Numbered from the stretch's first letter, positions 18,101-27,316 are shown. The stretch is DNA of 64,000 nucleotides from an uncultured Gemmatimonadaceae bacterium (GCA_964585655.1 CAZPER010000001.1:11729-75728); one strand, 5' to 3'. Program-made: numbers and translations. Notes: generated by a model from the sequence alone, not told the origin.

Positions 18101-20450
18101 AGGTCGCGGCGACACAGGCGGGATCCCGCGGCGTGAGGGTCACCGCGATGCCGGGGGCCGGCGCGGCGGTGGCGGCGCCATTGCTCTCGAAGTTGACGGT
18201 GATCGGGCTGCCGAAGCTCGCGTTGATGTTCAGCCCCGTCTGCACCACGTTCAGCGAGGCGGCGGTGGTGGCGGAGGTCACGCCGTCCACGTAGCTCGGA
18301 TTGCTCACCGTGATCGTCGCGGTGCCGGGCAGCACGCCTGAGAGGGTGGCATTGGCCGACTGGCTCCCGGCCGGGATGTTCACCGTCGGCGTCAGCACCC
18401 CAACCAGCGAGGTGTTGCTGCTGCTCACGGCGAAGGTCACGCCGCCTGCCGGCGCGGGGGCCGGCAGCACGATCGGCAGCGACTGGGTCTGGCCGTACGG
18501 CACCGCCAGGGTCGGCGGCACCGAGACATTGCGGTTCTGCACGTCCACGGTGAGCGACCCGGCGGTATAGCCGGACGCCGTGCCATCCAGCGTGCCGCTG
18601 CCGACCGACACCCCCGTGACCACCACGCTATCCTGGGTGCCGCCCTGCGGGATCAGAACGCTGGCCGGCGCGACGGTGAAGAGGCCGGGGGCGCTGCTGG
18701 CGAGCGCCACCACGGTGCCGCCGACCGGCGCCGGCGTGTTGAGGGTCACCCGCACCTTGGAGGTGAGGCCCACGCCCACCCCGGGAATGCCCATGAAGCT
18801 GAGCTGGATCGTGGGCTGGCCGAAGAACGTGGTCGCGCTGAAGCTGGTCTGCGCGCCCGCGGCGGTGACCGTCGCCGTCGGCGTGGCCTGGCTGCCGCCC
18901 AGCGTCCAGCTGCCCTGGACCCGGCCCTGGGCGTCGCTGGTGTCGGTCGGGGGCGCGATCGTGCCATCGGTGGCGGTCCAGACCGCTGGAATGCCCGGTA
19001 CCACGTTGGCGAAGGTGTCCCGCACCTCGGCGACCAGTGGCTGCGCCAGCGTGCGGCCGGCGGAGTCGGCCTGCGAGTCCCCCGAGATCCGCACCAGGGT
19101 GGCCACCGCCGTCGGGATCCCGGTCGCGTTGAAGGTGACGGCGGGTAGCCCGGTCACGGTGGCGGTCACGGAATTGGCGCCGATGATCTGCCCCAGCCGC
19201 CAGCTGCCGACGGTCGCGAGGCCCGAGCCGTTGGTCACGGCGGTGGCGCCGGTGACCGAGCCATTGCCGCTCGCCACGGCAAAGGTGACCGTGACCCCCG
19301 CGAGCGGCGCGTTCGCCGAATCCCGTACCAGCACCGCGGGGGCCGCCCCGACCAGCTGGTTCACGATGGCCGACTGACTGGTGGCCGACGCGGCGGTCAC
19401 CGACGCCGGACCGCCGGGCCCGCCGCCCACCACATCCAGGGTGAACAGGAGCGGGGAACCGGTGAGCCCGGCGGCCGTCACCGAGACATTCGCCGGTCCG
19501 GCGGTGCTGCCCGCGGTGACCACCGCCTGGGCGAATCCGTTGGCGTCGGTGACCCCGCTCGCCGGGGCGATCGTGGTACCGGCCGGGGGAGCGACCAGCG
19601 CGAAATTGACCGTGAACCCGGCGCTGTAGGGGTTGTTCAGCGCGTCGCGGACCTGGACCACGAGCGGCTGGGAGGCCTGGCCGGTGCCCACCTGCTGGCT
19701 GTCACCCGACACCTCCACCAGCGTGGCGGCGGCCGGGGCGATCACGATCGGCGCCGTGCGGGTGAGGTCATTGGGGGTGAGCGCGGTGAGGATGACCCCG
19801 CCCGTGGCGCCGGGCAGGGCGCGCACCCAGGCGCTGTCGAGCCCCCGCGGGATGGTCCGGACCACCAGCGTATCCGACGAGGTGATCCCCACCGGGACCC
19901 CCGGCACCACCGCCCCACCCTGCCACACCACCGCGAACGCCAGCACGCTGTCCCCCGCCGGCACGCTCCCGCTGGTCAGGAACAGCTGCACGCTGTCCGC
20001 GGCGCTCCCCGGCCCGACGTAAGTCGGGTCGAGCGGCGGAGTCGGCGTCGTCTGGCCCGAGGCGGCGGTGACCACCGCACGCACCGAGTAGTACACCACG
20101 CCGCCCCCCCGCGCCTCCGCATACAGGTAGAACTGTTCCGGCGAGGTGGTGAGCGAGACCTGGATGGGGACGATGAGCGAGTCGTTGCGGGCGGCGAAGC
20201 GGGCGGCCGGGATCAGCTGCGAGAAGGCGACGCTGGAATCGCTGGTGCGGCGCAGTTCGACGAGGACCGTATCTACCGGGATGGGAATCGCGCCCCCGGC
20301 CCGCAGCAGCCCGGTGACGTCCATGCTCCCCTGCACCACCGGCCCCGGCCCGACCGCGGAATCGGTGGAGCAGGTCGTGAGCAGCAGCGCGCCCAGGAAT
20401 GCGCGGACGGCGCGGACCAGCGCGGCACGGCGGACCGGGAGCAGGGGCAC
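15135..20450 (-). CDS. giant (1772 aa) surface lipoprotein with Ig-like (Big_1-type SGDSQ) domains and four novel tandem repeats
   Basis: GTG at 20450 gives the lipoprotein leader VPLLPVRRAALVRAVRAFLGALLLTTCS. It also avoids a 74-nt overlap with the kinase gene. The sequence is Thr/Val/Gly/Ala-rich and beta-type. Three L..(V/I)SGDSQ...QPLV..V.D modules are followed by repeats. Confidence 0.8.
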   Translation of the reverse strand: MPLLPVRRAALVRAVRAFLGALLLTTCSTDSAVGPGPVVQGSMDVTGLLRAGGAIPIPVDTVLVELRRTSDSSVAFSQLIPAARFAARNDSLIVPIQVSLTTSPEQFYLYAEARGGGVVYYSVRAVVTAASGQTTPTPPLDPTYVGPGSAADSVQLFLTSGSVPAGDSVLAFAVVWQGGAVVPGVPVGITSSDTLVVRTIPRGLDSAWVRALPGATGGVILTALTPNDLTRTAPIVIAPAAATLVEVSGDSQQVGTGQASQPLVVQVRDALNNPYSAGFTVNFALVAPPAGTTIAPASGVTDANGFAQAVVTAGSTAGPANVSVTAAGLTGSPLLFTLDVVGGGPGGPASVTAASATSQSAIVNQLVGAAPAVLVRDSANAPLAGVTVTFAVASGNGSVTGATAVTNGSGLATVGSWRLGQIIGANSVTATVTGLPAVTFNATGIPTAVATLVRISGDSQADSAGRTLAQPLVAEVRDTFANVVPGIPAVWTATDGTIAPPTDTSDAQGRVQGSWTLGGSQATPTATVTAAGAQTSFSATTFFGQPTIQLSFMGIPGVGVGLTSKVRVTLNTPAPVGGTVVALASSAPGLFTVAPASVLIPQGGTQDSVVVTGVSVGSGTLDGTASGYTAGSLTVDVQNRNVSVPPTLAVPYGQTQSLPIVLPAPAPAGGVTFAVSSSNTSLVGVLTPTVNIPAGSQSANATLSGVLPGTATITVSNPSYVDGVTSATTAASLNVVQTGLNINASFGSPITVNFESNGAATAAPAPGIAVTLTPRDPACVAATSPVTIITGQVSTTSTVSYGGSAGLTCSTYLVATAPNLQADSLLVTVSPAPAITASTNYPEVGNGLVESGNVFLAASNHGGLTVTLTSSDSSLLRLSTALGTPGVGSLTVPVPPLSTSFTYYVHGLEGVGGPAVVTASAPGFAPVPDTVTVVASGIELQGLPTTTTTLSTVSNIYAQVGVPNGQLTGLARVQNHRPGVAPIPVTFSIQGGTAVGVVIDSATPAGAQTAQAVIGSGVYYTPPSGPATGGISFKPAGQGTDSVSATAPSFLTLANATRGITVTQPVTSISINFPQIGVGLQEAGFVSLGASQHGGASVTIRSLDPTVFVIDTLPNGPGYDSIVKPLPNGQTGVTYYVQVKEFSQFLSGYIRVSEPRFASDSVLVTAVQPAVELQGLPTTTTTLTGVNNLYAQVGVANGQFTALARVQNLRGGAPAPLPVTFASLPGGAGILADSVTLGTGGADTVTVTIDTTGSLYYTPPSGPATGGVHFRPLVAGNDTVRVSAVGYATMGTSSRGIAVTQPTTSIGVNYPLIGSGLQESGFGSLSASQHGGAAVTVTTRNPAVVLVDTLPAGPGVPSFTRNLANGQTGVTVYYQALEGVLDSTWVVISEPRFAPESVLVRTVTPGVEIQGLPGQMTPFDNDANFYAQIGVLGGGNFNLARVQNRRGGASGTLTATFTSGTAAVGTVLDSLSAASGGAASGTARVPVNVYYTYPSGTAGGGVAFRPLLVGSTIISVSMPGFTPAINSGARTVNVIQPSISLSTNYPTIGSGLQEGGFGNLGASQHGGVTVTLTSSDSTILLLAPNATTPGSGSIQIVLANGQTGFSFTAAGLEGISSTTTVTITAVASGFTNGTVGVSVDRPAVEIQGLGSGAYTAGGPDVNFYAQIGLPNVQNTALVRVQTVRAGAPAAPVVTFTSTTPAAATLVDSVGAGTPKTAVIAATGNIYYTPTNGPAQGGVAMRPVAAGTSTFTAAIPGFLTVTGNGIRLVTVQ
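15138..17948 (-). repeat. four tandem ~699-nt (233-aa) bipartite coding repeats inside the giant gene
   Basis: Module A reads N(Y/F)P.IG.GLQE.GF..L.ASQHGG..VT. Module B reads VE(L/I)QGLP..........YAQ(V/I)G......ARVQN.R.G.....VTF....YYTPPSGPA.GG..F.P. DNA echoes are visible, for example at 16911-16945 versus 17601-17640. Confidence 0.75.
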
Positions 20451-20481
20451 GGGGCTCTTTGGAGTAGAGGGAGACAACTCC

Positions 20482-20510
20482 AACCTAGAGACGCACTTGT
20501 GGGGTGTCAA
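20482..20510 (-). promoter_or_regulatory. candidate sigma70-type promoter for the giant lipoprotein gene, embedded in the kinase 3' end
   Basis: On the minus strand: TTGACA (20510-20505), a 17-nt spacer, then TAGGTT (20487-20482, which includes the kinase TAG stop). It lies ~30 nt upstream of the GTG at 20450. Confidence 0.3.
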
Positions 20511-21831
20511 ACGGGCGGCCGGTGTGGGCTGGAAGCCACAGCCGTGCGCGCGCGCCACGGTCGCCCGGCCGGTTCTCCAGCGTCAGGCTTCCCCCATGAC
20601 CCTCCGCGATCTGCCGGGAGAGCGCCAGACCGATGCCCGACCCGCCGGGCTTCGTAGTAAAGAACGGCACGAACAGGTTGGTTGTCTCACCGATGCCGGG
20701 GCCGTCGTCGTCCACCTCGAGCGCCAGCCCCTGGCCGGCGAGCCGCCACCGGATCCGGACGCCGCCGCCGGAGTCGAGGGCGGCATCCACGGCATTCTGC
20801 ACCAGGTTGATCAGGAGCTGGTCGAGCTGATCGCCGTCGGCGGAGAGGGTCACCTCGGGCCCCGGCTCCACCTCCACCGGCAGCCGCCGTTCGAGCCCCG
20901 TGACGCGCCGCACCCATTCCGCCACCACCACCGGGCGGGGGACCGGCCGCGGCAGCCGCGCCAGCCGGGCGTAGGCGGCCAGGAACCGCCCCAGCGCGTC
21001 GGCGCGCTGCCCGATGATGTCGAGGCCCTGGCGCAGGTCCGCCTCGCTGTCCGGCGTCCGCGGCCCCCGGTCGAGGAGCGCCCTGAGGCTGCCGGCCAGG
21101 GAGCGGATCGGCGCCAGCGAATTGTTGATCTCGTGTGACAGCACCCGGATGAGGCGCTGCCACGCCTGGCGCTCCTCGACCTGCAGGGTGCGGCTCACGT
21201 CGGTGAGCAGCACCAGCTGGTGGGGGCGCCCATCCTGGCGGAAGCGGCTGCGCCGGAGCTCCCACCGCCCTGCCCCCGCCCCGGGGCGGTCCATGACCCG
21301 GGGGGACTCCCCCGCCAGGCACTCGGTCAGGCCCAGCGCCTCCGCCGAACGGCCCAGGAGCCGCTCCGGAGGCTGTCCCAGCAGCCGCTCGCCCCCGCGG
21401 TTGACCAGTCGCAGCACCGCCTCATCGTCGAAGGCGAACACCGCGGCGTCGATCTCGTTGAGCACTGCCCGCACCAGCGCCGTCGCCTCCAGCATGCCGA
21501 GCCGCTGGACCCGCAGCATCTCGGCCAGCTGGTTCGCTTCGAGGTACACGAGTCCGAGGGAATCATCCCGGGCGTCGGCGCCGCGGGCCCGGAGGGAGTA
21601 GTCCCCTTCGCGGAGCGCGCCGAGCACGTTGGAGAGGGTCTGCAGCGGGCGCGCCACCCGCTCGTGCAGGGAGAGGAGCCCCGCGCCGAGCCCGGCGGCG
21701 ATGAACAGGGTGGCGGTCCATTGCAGCCGGGGGGTGAAGTCCCCGCGCCAGAGCAGCACCAGCGCGATGACGACCGCCGGGAGCGCCGCCATCACCGCGA
21801 CCAGCAGCACCCGCCGGGGATGGTTCCGCAT
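20485..21831 (-). CDS. sensor histidine kinase (TM-HAMP-PAS-HisKA-HATPase, NtrY/AtoS-like)
   Basis: Two N-terminal TM helices. H-box LSHEINNSLAPI, N-box LINLVQNAVDA and G-boxes DDGPGI, GGSGIGL are present. Confidence 0.85.
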   Translation of the reverse strand: MRNHPRRVLLVAVMAALPAVVIALVLLWRGDFTPRLQWTATLFIAAGLGAGLLSLHERVARPLQTLSNVLGALREGDYSLRARGADARDDSLGLVYLEANQLAEMLRVQRLGMLEATALVRAVLNEIDAAVFAFDDEAVLRLVNRGGERLLGQPPERLLGRSAEALGLTECLAGESPRVMDRPGAGAGRWELRRSRFRQDGRPHQLVLLTDVSRTLQVEERQAWQRLIRVLSHEINNSLAPIRSLAGSLRALLDRGPRTPDSEADLRQGLDIIGQRADALGRFLAAYARLARLPRPVPRPVVVAEWVRRVTGLERRLPVEVEPGPEVTLSADGDQLDQLLINLVQNAVDAALDSGGGVRIRWRLAGQGLALEVDDDGPGIGETTNLFVPFFTTKPGGSGIGLALSRQIAEGHGGSLTLENRPGDRGARARLWLPAHTGRPFDTPQVRL

Positions 21832-21840
21832 CGCCGCGGG

Positions 21841-23208
21841 CTAGAGTCCGTACCGCTCGAGGCGCCGGTACATGGCGGAGCGGCTCAGCCCCAGGGCCCG
21901 CGCCGCCTCGGTGACGTTTCCCCCCGCGCGCGCCAGGGCCTTCTGGATCAGGACCTTCTCCACCTCTTCGAGGGTGAGCTGGTCCAGCCGGCCGGCGGCG
22001 TCGGAGGGAGGTGCCAGCGCGAGGTCGCTGGCGCGGATCTCGGTGCCATCCACCAGGAGCACCGCGCGTTCGATGGTGTGATCCAGTTCCCGCACGTTGC
22101 CGGGCCAGGGCGCCTTGAGCAGCAGCTCCATCGCCTCGGGACGGAAGCCGGTGAGCGGCTTCCGGTAGCGGGTGCCGTGCCGGTGCAGGAACTGCGCGGC
22201 CAGGCGCGGGATGTCCTCCCGCCGGTCGCGCAGCGGCGGGATCAGGATCTCCACGGTGTTCAGGCGGTACAGGAGGTCCTCACGGAACCGGCCGGTCTGC
22301 ACCTCGGCGCGCGGATCGACGTTGGTGGCGGAGAGCACCCGCACGTCCACCTTCCGCGTCTTGGACGAGCCCACCCGCTCGAGCTCCCCGGTGTTGAGCA
22401 CCCGGAGCAGGCGGGCCTGCTGCGACGGCGTGATGTTCGCGATTTCGTCGAGGAAAAGCGTCCCCCGGTCCGCCAGCTCGAACCGCCCGATCCGGTCGGT
22501 CTTCGCATCGGTGAACGCGCCCTTCAGGTGCCCGAACAGCTCGCTCTCGAACACCCCTTCGGACAACCCGCCGACGTTGACCGTGATCATCGGGCGGACG
22601 GAACGGGCGCTCGCGGCGTGGAGCCAGCGGGCGGCCACTTCCTTTCCCACGCCGTGCTCCCCGAGGATGAGCGCGTTCGCGTCCGAGGGCCCGACCCGTT
22701 CCATCAGTCGCGCCACCTGCCGCATCGCAGGCGATTCCGCAACCAGATCCGGCAATCCCTCCCGCCGGAGGCTCTGGTTCTCACTCTCCAAGCGCTGGCT
22801 CTGCCGCAGGGCCCGGCCCAGCTCCACCTGGACCCGGAGCAGCGCCACCAGCCGGGTGTTGTCCCAGGGCTTTTCCAGGTAGTCCCGTGCGCCCCGGCGC
22901 ATCGCCTCCACCGCACCCTCAACGCTGCCATAGGCCGTCATGACGACCACCGGCAGGGACGCGTCGAGCAGCTGGATCCGGGTGAGCAGGTCGAACCCCT
23001 CCATCCCCGACGTGGTGTCCCGGGTGTAGTTGAGGTCCATGAGCAGGACGTCGTAATCGCTCCGCTCCAGGGCGGCGAGGACGCCGCCCGGGCTCCCCGT
23101 GGTCTCCACCGCGAAGCCCTCCCCCTTGAGCAGCAGGCGGAGCGCCTGCAGCACATCGGGCTGGTCGTCGGCGATGAGGATGACGGGGACCCCGGCGGGG
23201 ATGGGCAT
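21841..23208 (-). CDS. sigma54-dependent response regulator (REC-AAA+-Fis HTH, NtrC family)
   Basis: REC domain (LIADDQ, DVLLMDLN). Walker A is GEHGVGKE, followed by ESELFGHLKGAFTDA, TLFLDEI and RVLSATN. C-terminal HTH is NVTEAARALGLSRSAMYRRL. Confidence 0.9.
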   Translation of the reverse strand: MPIPAGVPVILIADDQPDVLQALRLLLKGEGFAVETTGSPGGVLAALERSDYDVLLMDLNYTRDTTSGMEGFDLLTRIQLLDASLPVVVMTAYGSVEGAVEAMRRGARDYLEKPWDNTRLVALLRVQVELGRALRQSQRLESENQSLRREGLPDLVAESPAMRQVARLMERVGPSDANALILGEHGVGKEVAARWLHAASARSVRPMITVNVGGLSEGVFESELFGHLKGAFTDAKTDRIGRFELADRGTLFLDEIANITPSQQARLLRVLNTGELERVGSSKTRKVDVRVLSATNVDPRAEVQTGRFREDLLYRLNTVEILIPPLRDRREDIPRLAAQFLHRHGTRYRKPLTGFRPEAMELLLKAPWPGNVRELDHTIERAVLLVDGTEIRASDLALAPPSDAAGRLDQLTLEEVEKVLIQKALARAGGNVTEAARALGLSRSAMYRRLERYGL

Positions 23209-23212
23209 GGTC

Positions 23213-24184
23213 TCAGTTCGGCTCCAGCAGCCAGCGCACCAGGTTGAGGGCCAGCGTCGCGTTCCCTTCGGCGCCCTGGGCGTTCATGCCGACCGGCGCC
23301 CGGTTGGGGCCGGCGAGCTGGGCCGTGAACATCGCGGCTTCGCCGAACACGGCGATTCGCCCGCGCCCGTAGCGTCGCACCGCACCCTGGGCCAGTCCAC
23401 CCGCCGGCGCCCGCCGGGTCTGCGCGCTGAACTGCCAGGCGGTATCCGGGAAGAGACTGACAGTCCCCTCGGGGAGTATCAGCAGGGGAGCCGCCTCGGG
23501 CGGGGCCCGCAGCGCCTGCCCGGTGAAGCTCCGGACCTGCTCCACCCGGTCCTCGCCCGACCGCCCGCGGGTGACGGGATGGTCCGCGAGGGTCCCCGCC
23601 CCCCGGGTGAACGGAGCCAGGTCCGCGCCGGAGGTGTCGAGGGCGAACCCGCCGAGCAGCTCGAATCCGAAGGCGCGGCCGAGGCTCGCCGCGGCCTCGC
23701 CGAAAGGCATGTGGTCGGCAATGATCAGGAGGGCCCCGCCCCGCTCCACCCATGACCGTACCGCGTGCACCTCAGCCTCGGTGAACGCCGGCAGGATTGG
23801 ACGGATCCACGTGGTCGCGTTCTCCGGCGCCACGGCGTTGGCCACGACCAGGAGACCGAAGGGGGCGAGGCCGGCGGAGTCGAACGGAAGTCGTGACGGC
23901 ACCACCCGGTAGCCGTCCCGTTCGAGCAGCGTGGCGAAGGGGCCGAAGCGGCCGGCGATGGTGTGGAAGTTCCGGTGTGCCTCGTCCACGGCCACGACCG
24001 GGCCTCGGCCGTGCGGGTGGGTCGTCGCCGGAATGACGGGGCGGAACGCCGTGTCCGCCACCTGCTGCGCCGCGAGCGGCACCGCGGCGAGCAACCCCGC
24101 CAGCAGCAGCGCGTCAGGCCGCGGCCGCGCCGTCCACCAGCCAGCCGTCCTTGAGGCGGATAATGCGGTGGCCGTAGCGGGCAT
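23213..24184 (-). CDS. secreted DUF4350-like protein (GATase-1-like fold); start uncertain
   Basis: Signal-like LLLAGLLAAVPLAAQQ, then VAVDEAHRNFH, LLVVANAV and ALLIIADHMPFGE. The listed ATG overlaps the upstream ATPase gene by 71 nt, so a later non-ATG start is possible. Confidence 0.5.
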   Translation of the reverse strand: MPATATALSASRTAGWWTARPRPDALLLAGLLAAVPLAAQQVADTAFRPVIPATTHPHGRGPVVAVDEAHRNFHTIAGRFGPFATLLERDGYRVVPSRLPFDSAGLAPFGLLVVANAVAPENATTWIRPILPAFTEAEVHAVRSWVERGGALLIIADHMPFGEAAASLGRAFGFELLGGFALDTSGADLAPFTRGAGTLADHPVTRGRSGEDRVEQVRSFTGQALRAPPEAAPLLILPEGTVSLFPDTAWQFSAQTRRAPAGGLAQGAVRRYGRGRIAVFGEAAMFTAQLAGPNRAPVGMNAQGAEGNATLALNLVRWLLEPN

Positions 24185-24791
24185 TCTCCTCCGAATGGGT
24201 GACCTGGACAATCGTGGTGCCCTGCTGGTTGAGCCGACGGAAGAGTTCCATGATCTCCCGGCCCTGCTCCGAGTGCAAGTTGCCGGTGGGTTCGTCGGCC
24301 AGGAGGAGCGTCGGACTCGAGATCACCGCCCGGGCCACCGCCACCAGCTGCTGCTGCCCGCCGGAGAGCTGGCGGGGGTAGAGATCCTTCTTGCCCACGA
24401 TCTGGAACCGGTCCAGGGTATCGGCCACCAGCGCCGAGCGCTCCCCGGCCTTCATGTCCCGGTAGCCGAGCGGGACGTCGAGATTCTCGGCCACGGTCAG
24501 GTCGTCGAGCAGGTGGTATTGCTGGAAGACGAAGCCGATCCGGCTCCGCGACAGCGCGAACCGTTCCTTCTGCTTGAGCGTGTGGACCGGCTGGCCGTCG
24601 AGCCAGTACTCCCCGCGGAACTCGGCGTCGAGCATCCCCAGGATGGCGAGGAGCGTGGACTTCCCCGCTCCCGAGGGGCCCATCACGGTCACGAACTCAC
24701 CCTTCGGGATCTCCAGCCCGATCCGCCGCAGCAGCCAGATGGGGCTGGGCCGGGTATCCACCGACTTCTCGACGTTGACCAGACGGATCAC
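24114..24791 (-). CDS. ABC transporter ATP-binding protein (MacB/LolD-type)
   Basis: Walker A GPSGAGKSTLL, Q-loop, signature LSGGQQQ, Walker B LLLADEPTGNL and H-loop VTH. Confidence 0.9.
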   Translation of the reverse strand: MIRLVNVEKSVDTRPSPIWLLRRIGLEIPKGEFVTVMGPSGAGKSTLLAILGMLDAEFRGEYWLDGQPVHTLKQKERFALSRSRIGFVFQQYHLLDDLTVAENLDVPLGYRDMKAGERSALVADTLDRFQIVGKKDLYPRQLSGGQQQLVAVARAVISSPTLLLADEPTGNLHSEQGREIMELFRRLNQQGTTIVQVTHSEENARYGHRIIRLKDGWLVDGAAAA

Positions 24792-24824
24792 GGCACAGGC
24801 CTCAGTGGGGGAGAGGGGCGCAAT

Positions 24825-27290
24825 CTACTCGGCCCGGAGCGCAGTCATCGGGTGCACCCGCCCGGCGCGGAAGGCGGGGATGGCGCTCGCCAGCAGGGTG
24901 ACGGCCGCCAGCACAAGGGCCGTACCCGTCAGCGCCACCGGGTCGAGCGGCGACACCTCATAGAGGAAACCGTGTATCAGCCGTCCGGCCACCAGCGCCA
25001 GCAGGAGGCCGATCCCGATCCCCGTCGCGGCCAGCCGCAACCCGTCGCCCAGCACCAGCCGGAGCACACCACCTGACGTCGCGCCGAGCGCCAGCCGGAT
25101 GCCCAGCTCGCGGGTGCGCTGCGCGACGGCATATGTGACCACGCCGTAGAGGCCCACCACCGACAGCGCCAGCGCCAGAATGCCGAGCGTGCCCGCGAGG
25201 GTAGTGGCGATCCGGGAGAAGAGCAGCGCCCGGCCCGCCAGCAGCTCGTCCATGGTCCGGCTGTCGGCGATCGGAAGGTCAGGGTCCAGGTCGGCGAGGG
25301 TGGCGCGGACGGCGGCGAGCGCACCCCTGGGATGCCCATCGGTCCGCACCACCAGCGTGGCCGCCCCCGCATCATCCTGCGCCAGCGGCAGGTAAAGGTA
25401 GGAGCGCGGTCCCTCCGAGATCAGCCGGTACTTCGCGTCGGCGGCGACACCGATGACGCTCACGGCGGGCCCGGTGAGGTCGCCGAACCGCAGGACCTTG
25501 CCGACCGCCGATTGCCCCGGCCAGAGCCGGGTGGCCAGCACCCGGCTGACCACGGCCACAGGGAGGCTGCCGACGGTGTCCCCGGGGCCAAAGTCGCGGC
25601 CCTCGAGGAGGGGCGTCCCCAAGGTGGAGAAGTAGTTGTCCCCGGCGAAGGTCCACCCGGCCGGTTCGCCGGGCCGCTCCGGCGTCGGTGCCTCACCCCC
25701 TTCGGCGACGATCGTTCCGCCGTTGGAGGTGAACTCCATGGGCAGCCCCTGGGCGACGGTCGCGGAGGACACCCCCGGGATCACCGCGAGGCGGGACACG
25801 GCCTCGCGGTACAGCGCGCGGCTGCGGGCGGCGTCGTACCCGGTCAGCCCGGGCGCGATACTCACCAGCAGCACATTCCGCGGGTCGTAGCCGAGCGAGG
25901 CGTCCTGCATGGCGCGGAGGCTCCGGGTGACCAGGGCGGCGCCCGTCAGGAGCAGGCACGCCAGCGCCAGCTGCGCGACCACCAGCCCGTCCCGCAGCCG
26001 GGAGCGGCTGACGCCGCGCCAGCCCACGGAGTCGTGGCGCAGCGCGCCGGCGATGCCCGGCGCGGTCGCCTGCAGCGCGGGGGCCAGGCCAAAGGCCAGG
26101 GTGGTGCCCAGCGTGACGAGCGCAGTGAACCCGATGACGCGCTGGTCCAGCACGAAGGCGAAGGTGAAGGGGATGTCCGTCGGCAGGGTCAGGAGCCCGG
26201 AGAGCCCGGCGGTGAGCCACGATCCCACCAGGAGCCCGAGCGTCCCGCCACCGAGCGCGAGCAGCAGGCTCTCCCCGAGGAGCTGTCGCACCAGCCGGCC
26301 ACGGCCAGCACCGAGCGCCACCCGCACGGCGATCTCGCGGCGGCGTGCCAGGGCGCGCGAGAGCAGCAGGTTCGCCACGTTGGCGCAGGCGATCAGCAGC
26401 ACCAGCCCCGCCACGGCCAGGAAGAGCCGGAGGGCCAGGGTGAACTCGCCAGCGAGGTCCGGCTCCGGCCGGACCGATCGCTCCGGCAGCAGCACCGCCT
26501 CACGCCCGGCGTAGTCGGCGGCATGGTCCGCGGCGAGGCGCCTGCCGATCAGGCCCACTGCCGCCTGGGCACCGCTGAGCGTGGCGCCGTCCGCCAGCCG
26601 GGCCACGAGACGAACGCTCGCCTCCCCCTGCGCATCCAGGGCGCCGCGCTCCGGGTGCAGCACCGCGTGGGCGCCGCTCGGCACCCAGAGGGTGGGGCTG
26701 AACCCCACATAGTACGGTGTCATGAAGTCTGCTGACGCGACACCCACGACGGTGAACTCCCGGCGGTTGAGCCGCACCGTCCGGCCCAGGATCGCGGCGT
26801 CCCCGTGGAACCGCGTCCTCCAGAGCGCATGACTCAGCACCACGGCGGGCGTCGCCCCCGCGCTGTCCTCCGCGGCCGCGAAACCACGGCCCAGCGCCAT
26901 CGGGGCCCGGAGCAGCGCGAAGTAGTTGGCGCTCACCATCTCCCCCCAGACCCGCACCGCCGGCGCTCCTTCGTCGGCGAGGCCCACCGCAACCGGCATG
27001 ACCCCGGCCACTCCCGACAACACCTCGGTGGTCCCGGCGCGGAAGTCGTCGAGCTCGCTCCAGGCGTAGTCCTCGTGCTCGCCGCCATCCGCGGTCCGGC
27101 CGTAGATGAGCGTCAACCGGTCCGACTCGGGATAGGGCAGCGCCCGCCAGAGCAGCGTGTTGCCGATGCTGTACACCGCGCTGGTGACGCCGATGCCGAG
27201 CGCGAGGGTGATCACCGCCGCCAGCGCGACGCCGGGGATCCGGGTCCAGGCCCGAAGGGCCAGCCGAAGGTCCTGCAGCATTCCGGACAT
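24825..27290 (-). CDS. duplicated FtsX/MacB-type permease, ADOP-like (copy 3)
   Basis: Start re-picked at MSGMLQDLRLALRAWTRIPGVALAAVITLALGIG with AAGGAG 6 nt upstream. It has two MacB_PCD plus FtsX halves. 821 aa. Confidence 0.85.
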   Translation of the reverse strand: MSGMLQDLRLALRAWTRIPGVALAAVITLALGIGVTSAVYSIGNTLLWRALPYPESDRLTLIYGRTADGGEHEDYAWSELDDFRAGTTEVLSGVAGVMPVAVGLADEGAPAVRVWGEMVSANYFALLRAPMALGRGFAAAEDSAGATPAVVLSHALWRTRFHGDAAILGRTVRLNRREFTVVGVASADFMTPYYVGFSPTLWVPSGAHAVLHPERGALDAQGEASVRLVARLADGATLSGAQAAVGLIGRRLAADHAADYAGREAVLLPERSVRPEPDLAGEFTLALRLFLAVAGLVLLIACANVANLLLSRALARRREIAVRVALGAGRGRLVRQLLGESLLLALGGGTLGLLVGSWLTAGLSGLLTLPTDIPFTFAFVLDQRVIGFTALVTLGTTLAFGLAPALQATAPGIAGALRHDSVGWRGVSRSRLRDGLVVAQLALACLLLTGAALVTRSLRAMQDASLGYDPRNVLLVSIAPGLTGYDAARSRALYREAVSRLAVIPGVSSATVAQGLPMEFTSNGGTIVAEGGEAPTPERPGEPAGWTFAGDNYFSTLGTPLLEGRDFGPGDTVGSLPVAVVSRVLATRLWPGQSAVGKVLRFGDLTGPAVSVIGVAADAKYRLISEGPRSYLYLPLAQDDAGAATLVVRTDGHPRGALAAVRATLADLDPDLPIADSRTMDELLAGRALLFSRIATTLAGTLGILALALSVVGLYGVVTYAVAQRTRELGIRLALGATSGGVLRLVLGDGLRLAATGIGIGLLLALVAGRLIHGFLYEVSPLDPVALTGTALVLAAVTLLASAIPAFRAGRVHPMTALRAE

Positions 27291-27316
27291 GGAGGCTCCT
27301 TGCCGGGGGGTCGGGG

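Noticed and set aside
15069-18341. 1090-aa plus-strand ORF
   Set aside because: It is antisense to the giant repeat lipoprotein. It is Arg/Gly/Asp/His-rich low-complexity sequence whose apparent periodicity just mirrors the repeats on the other strand.
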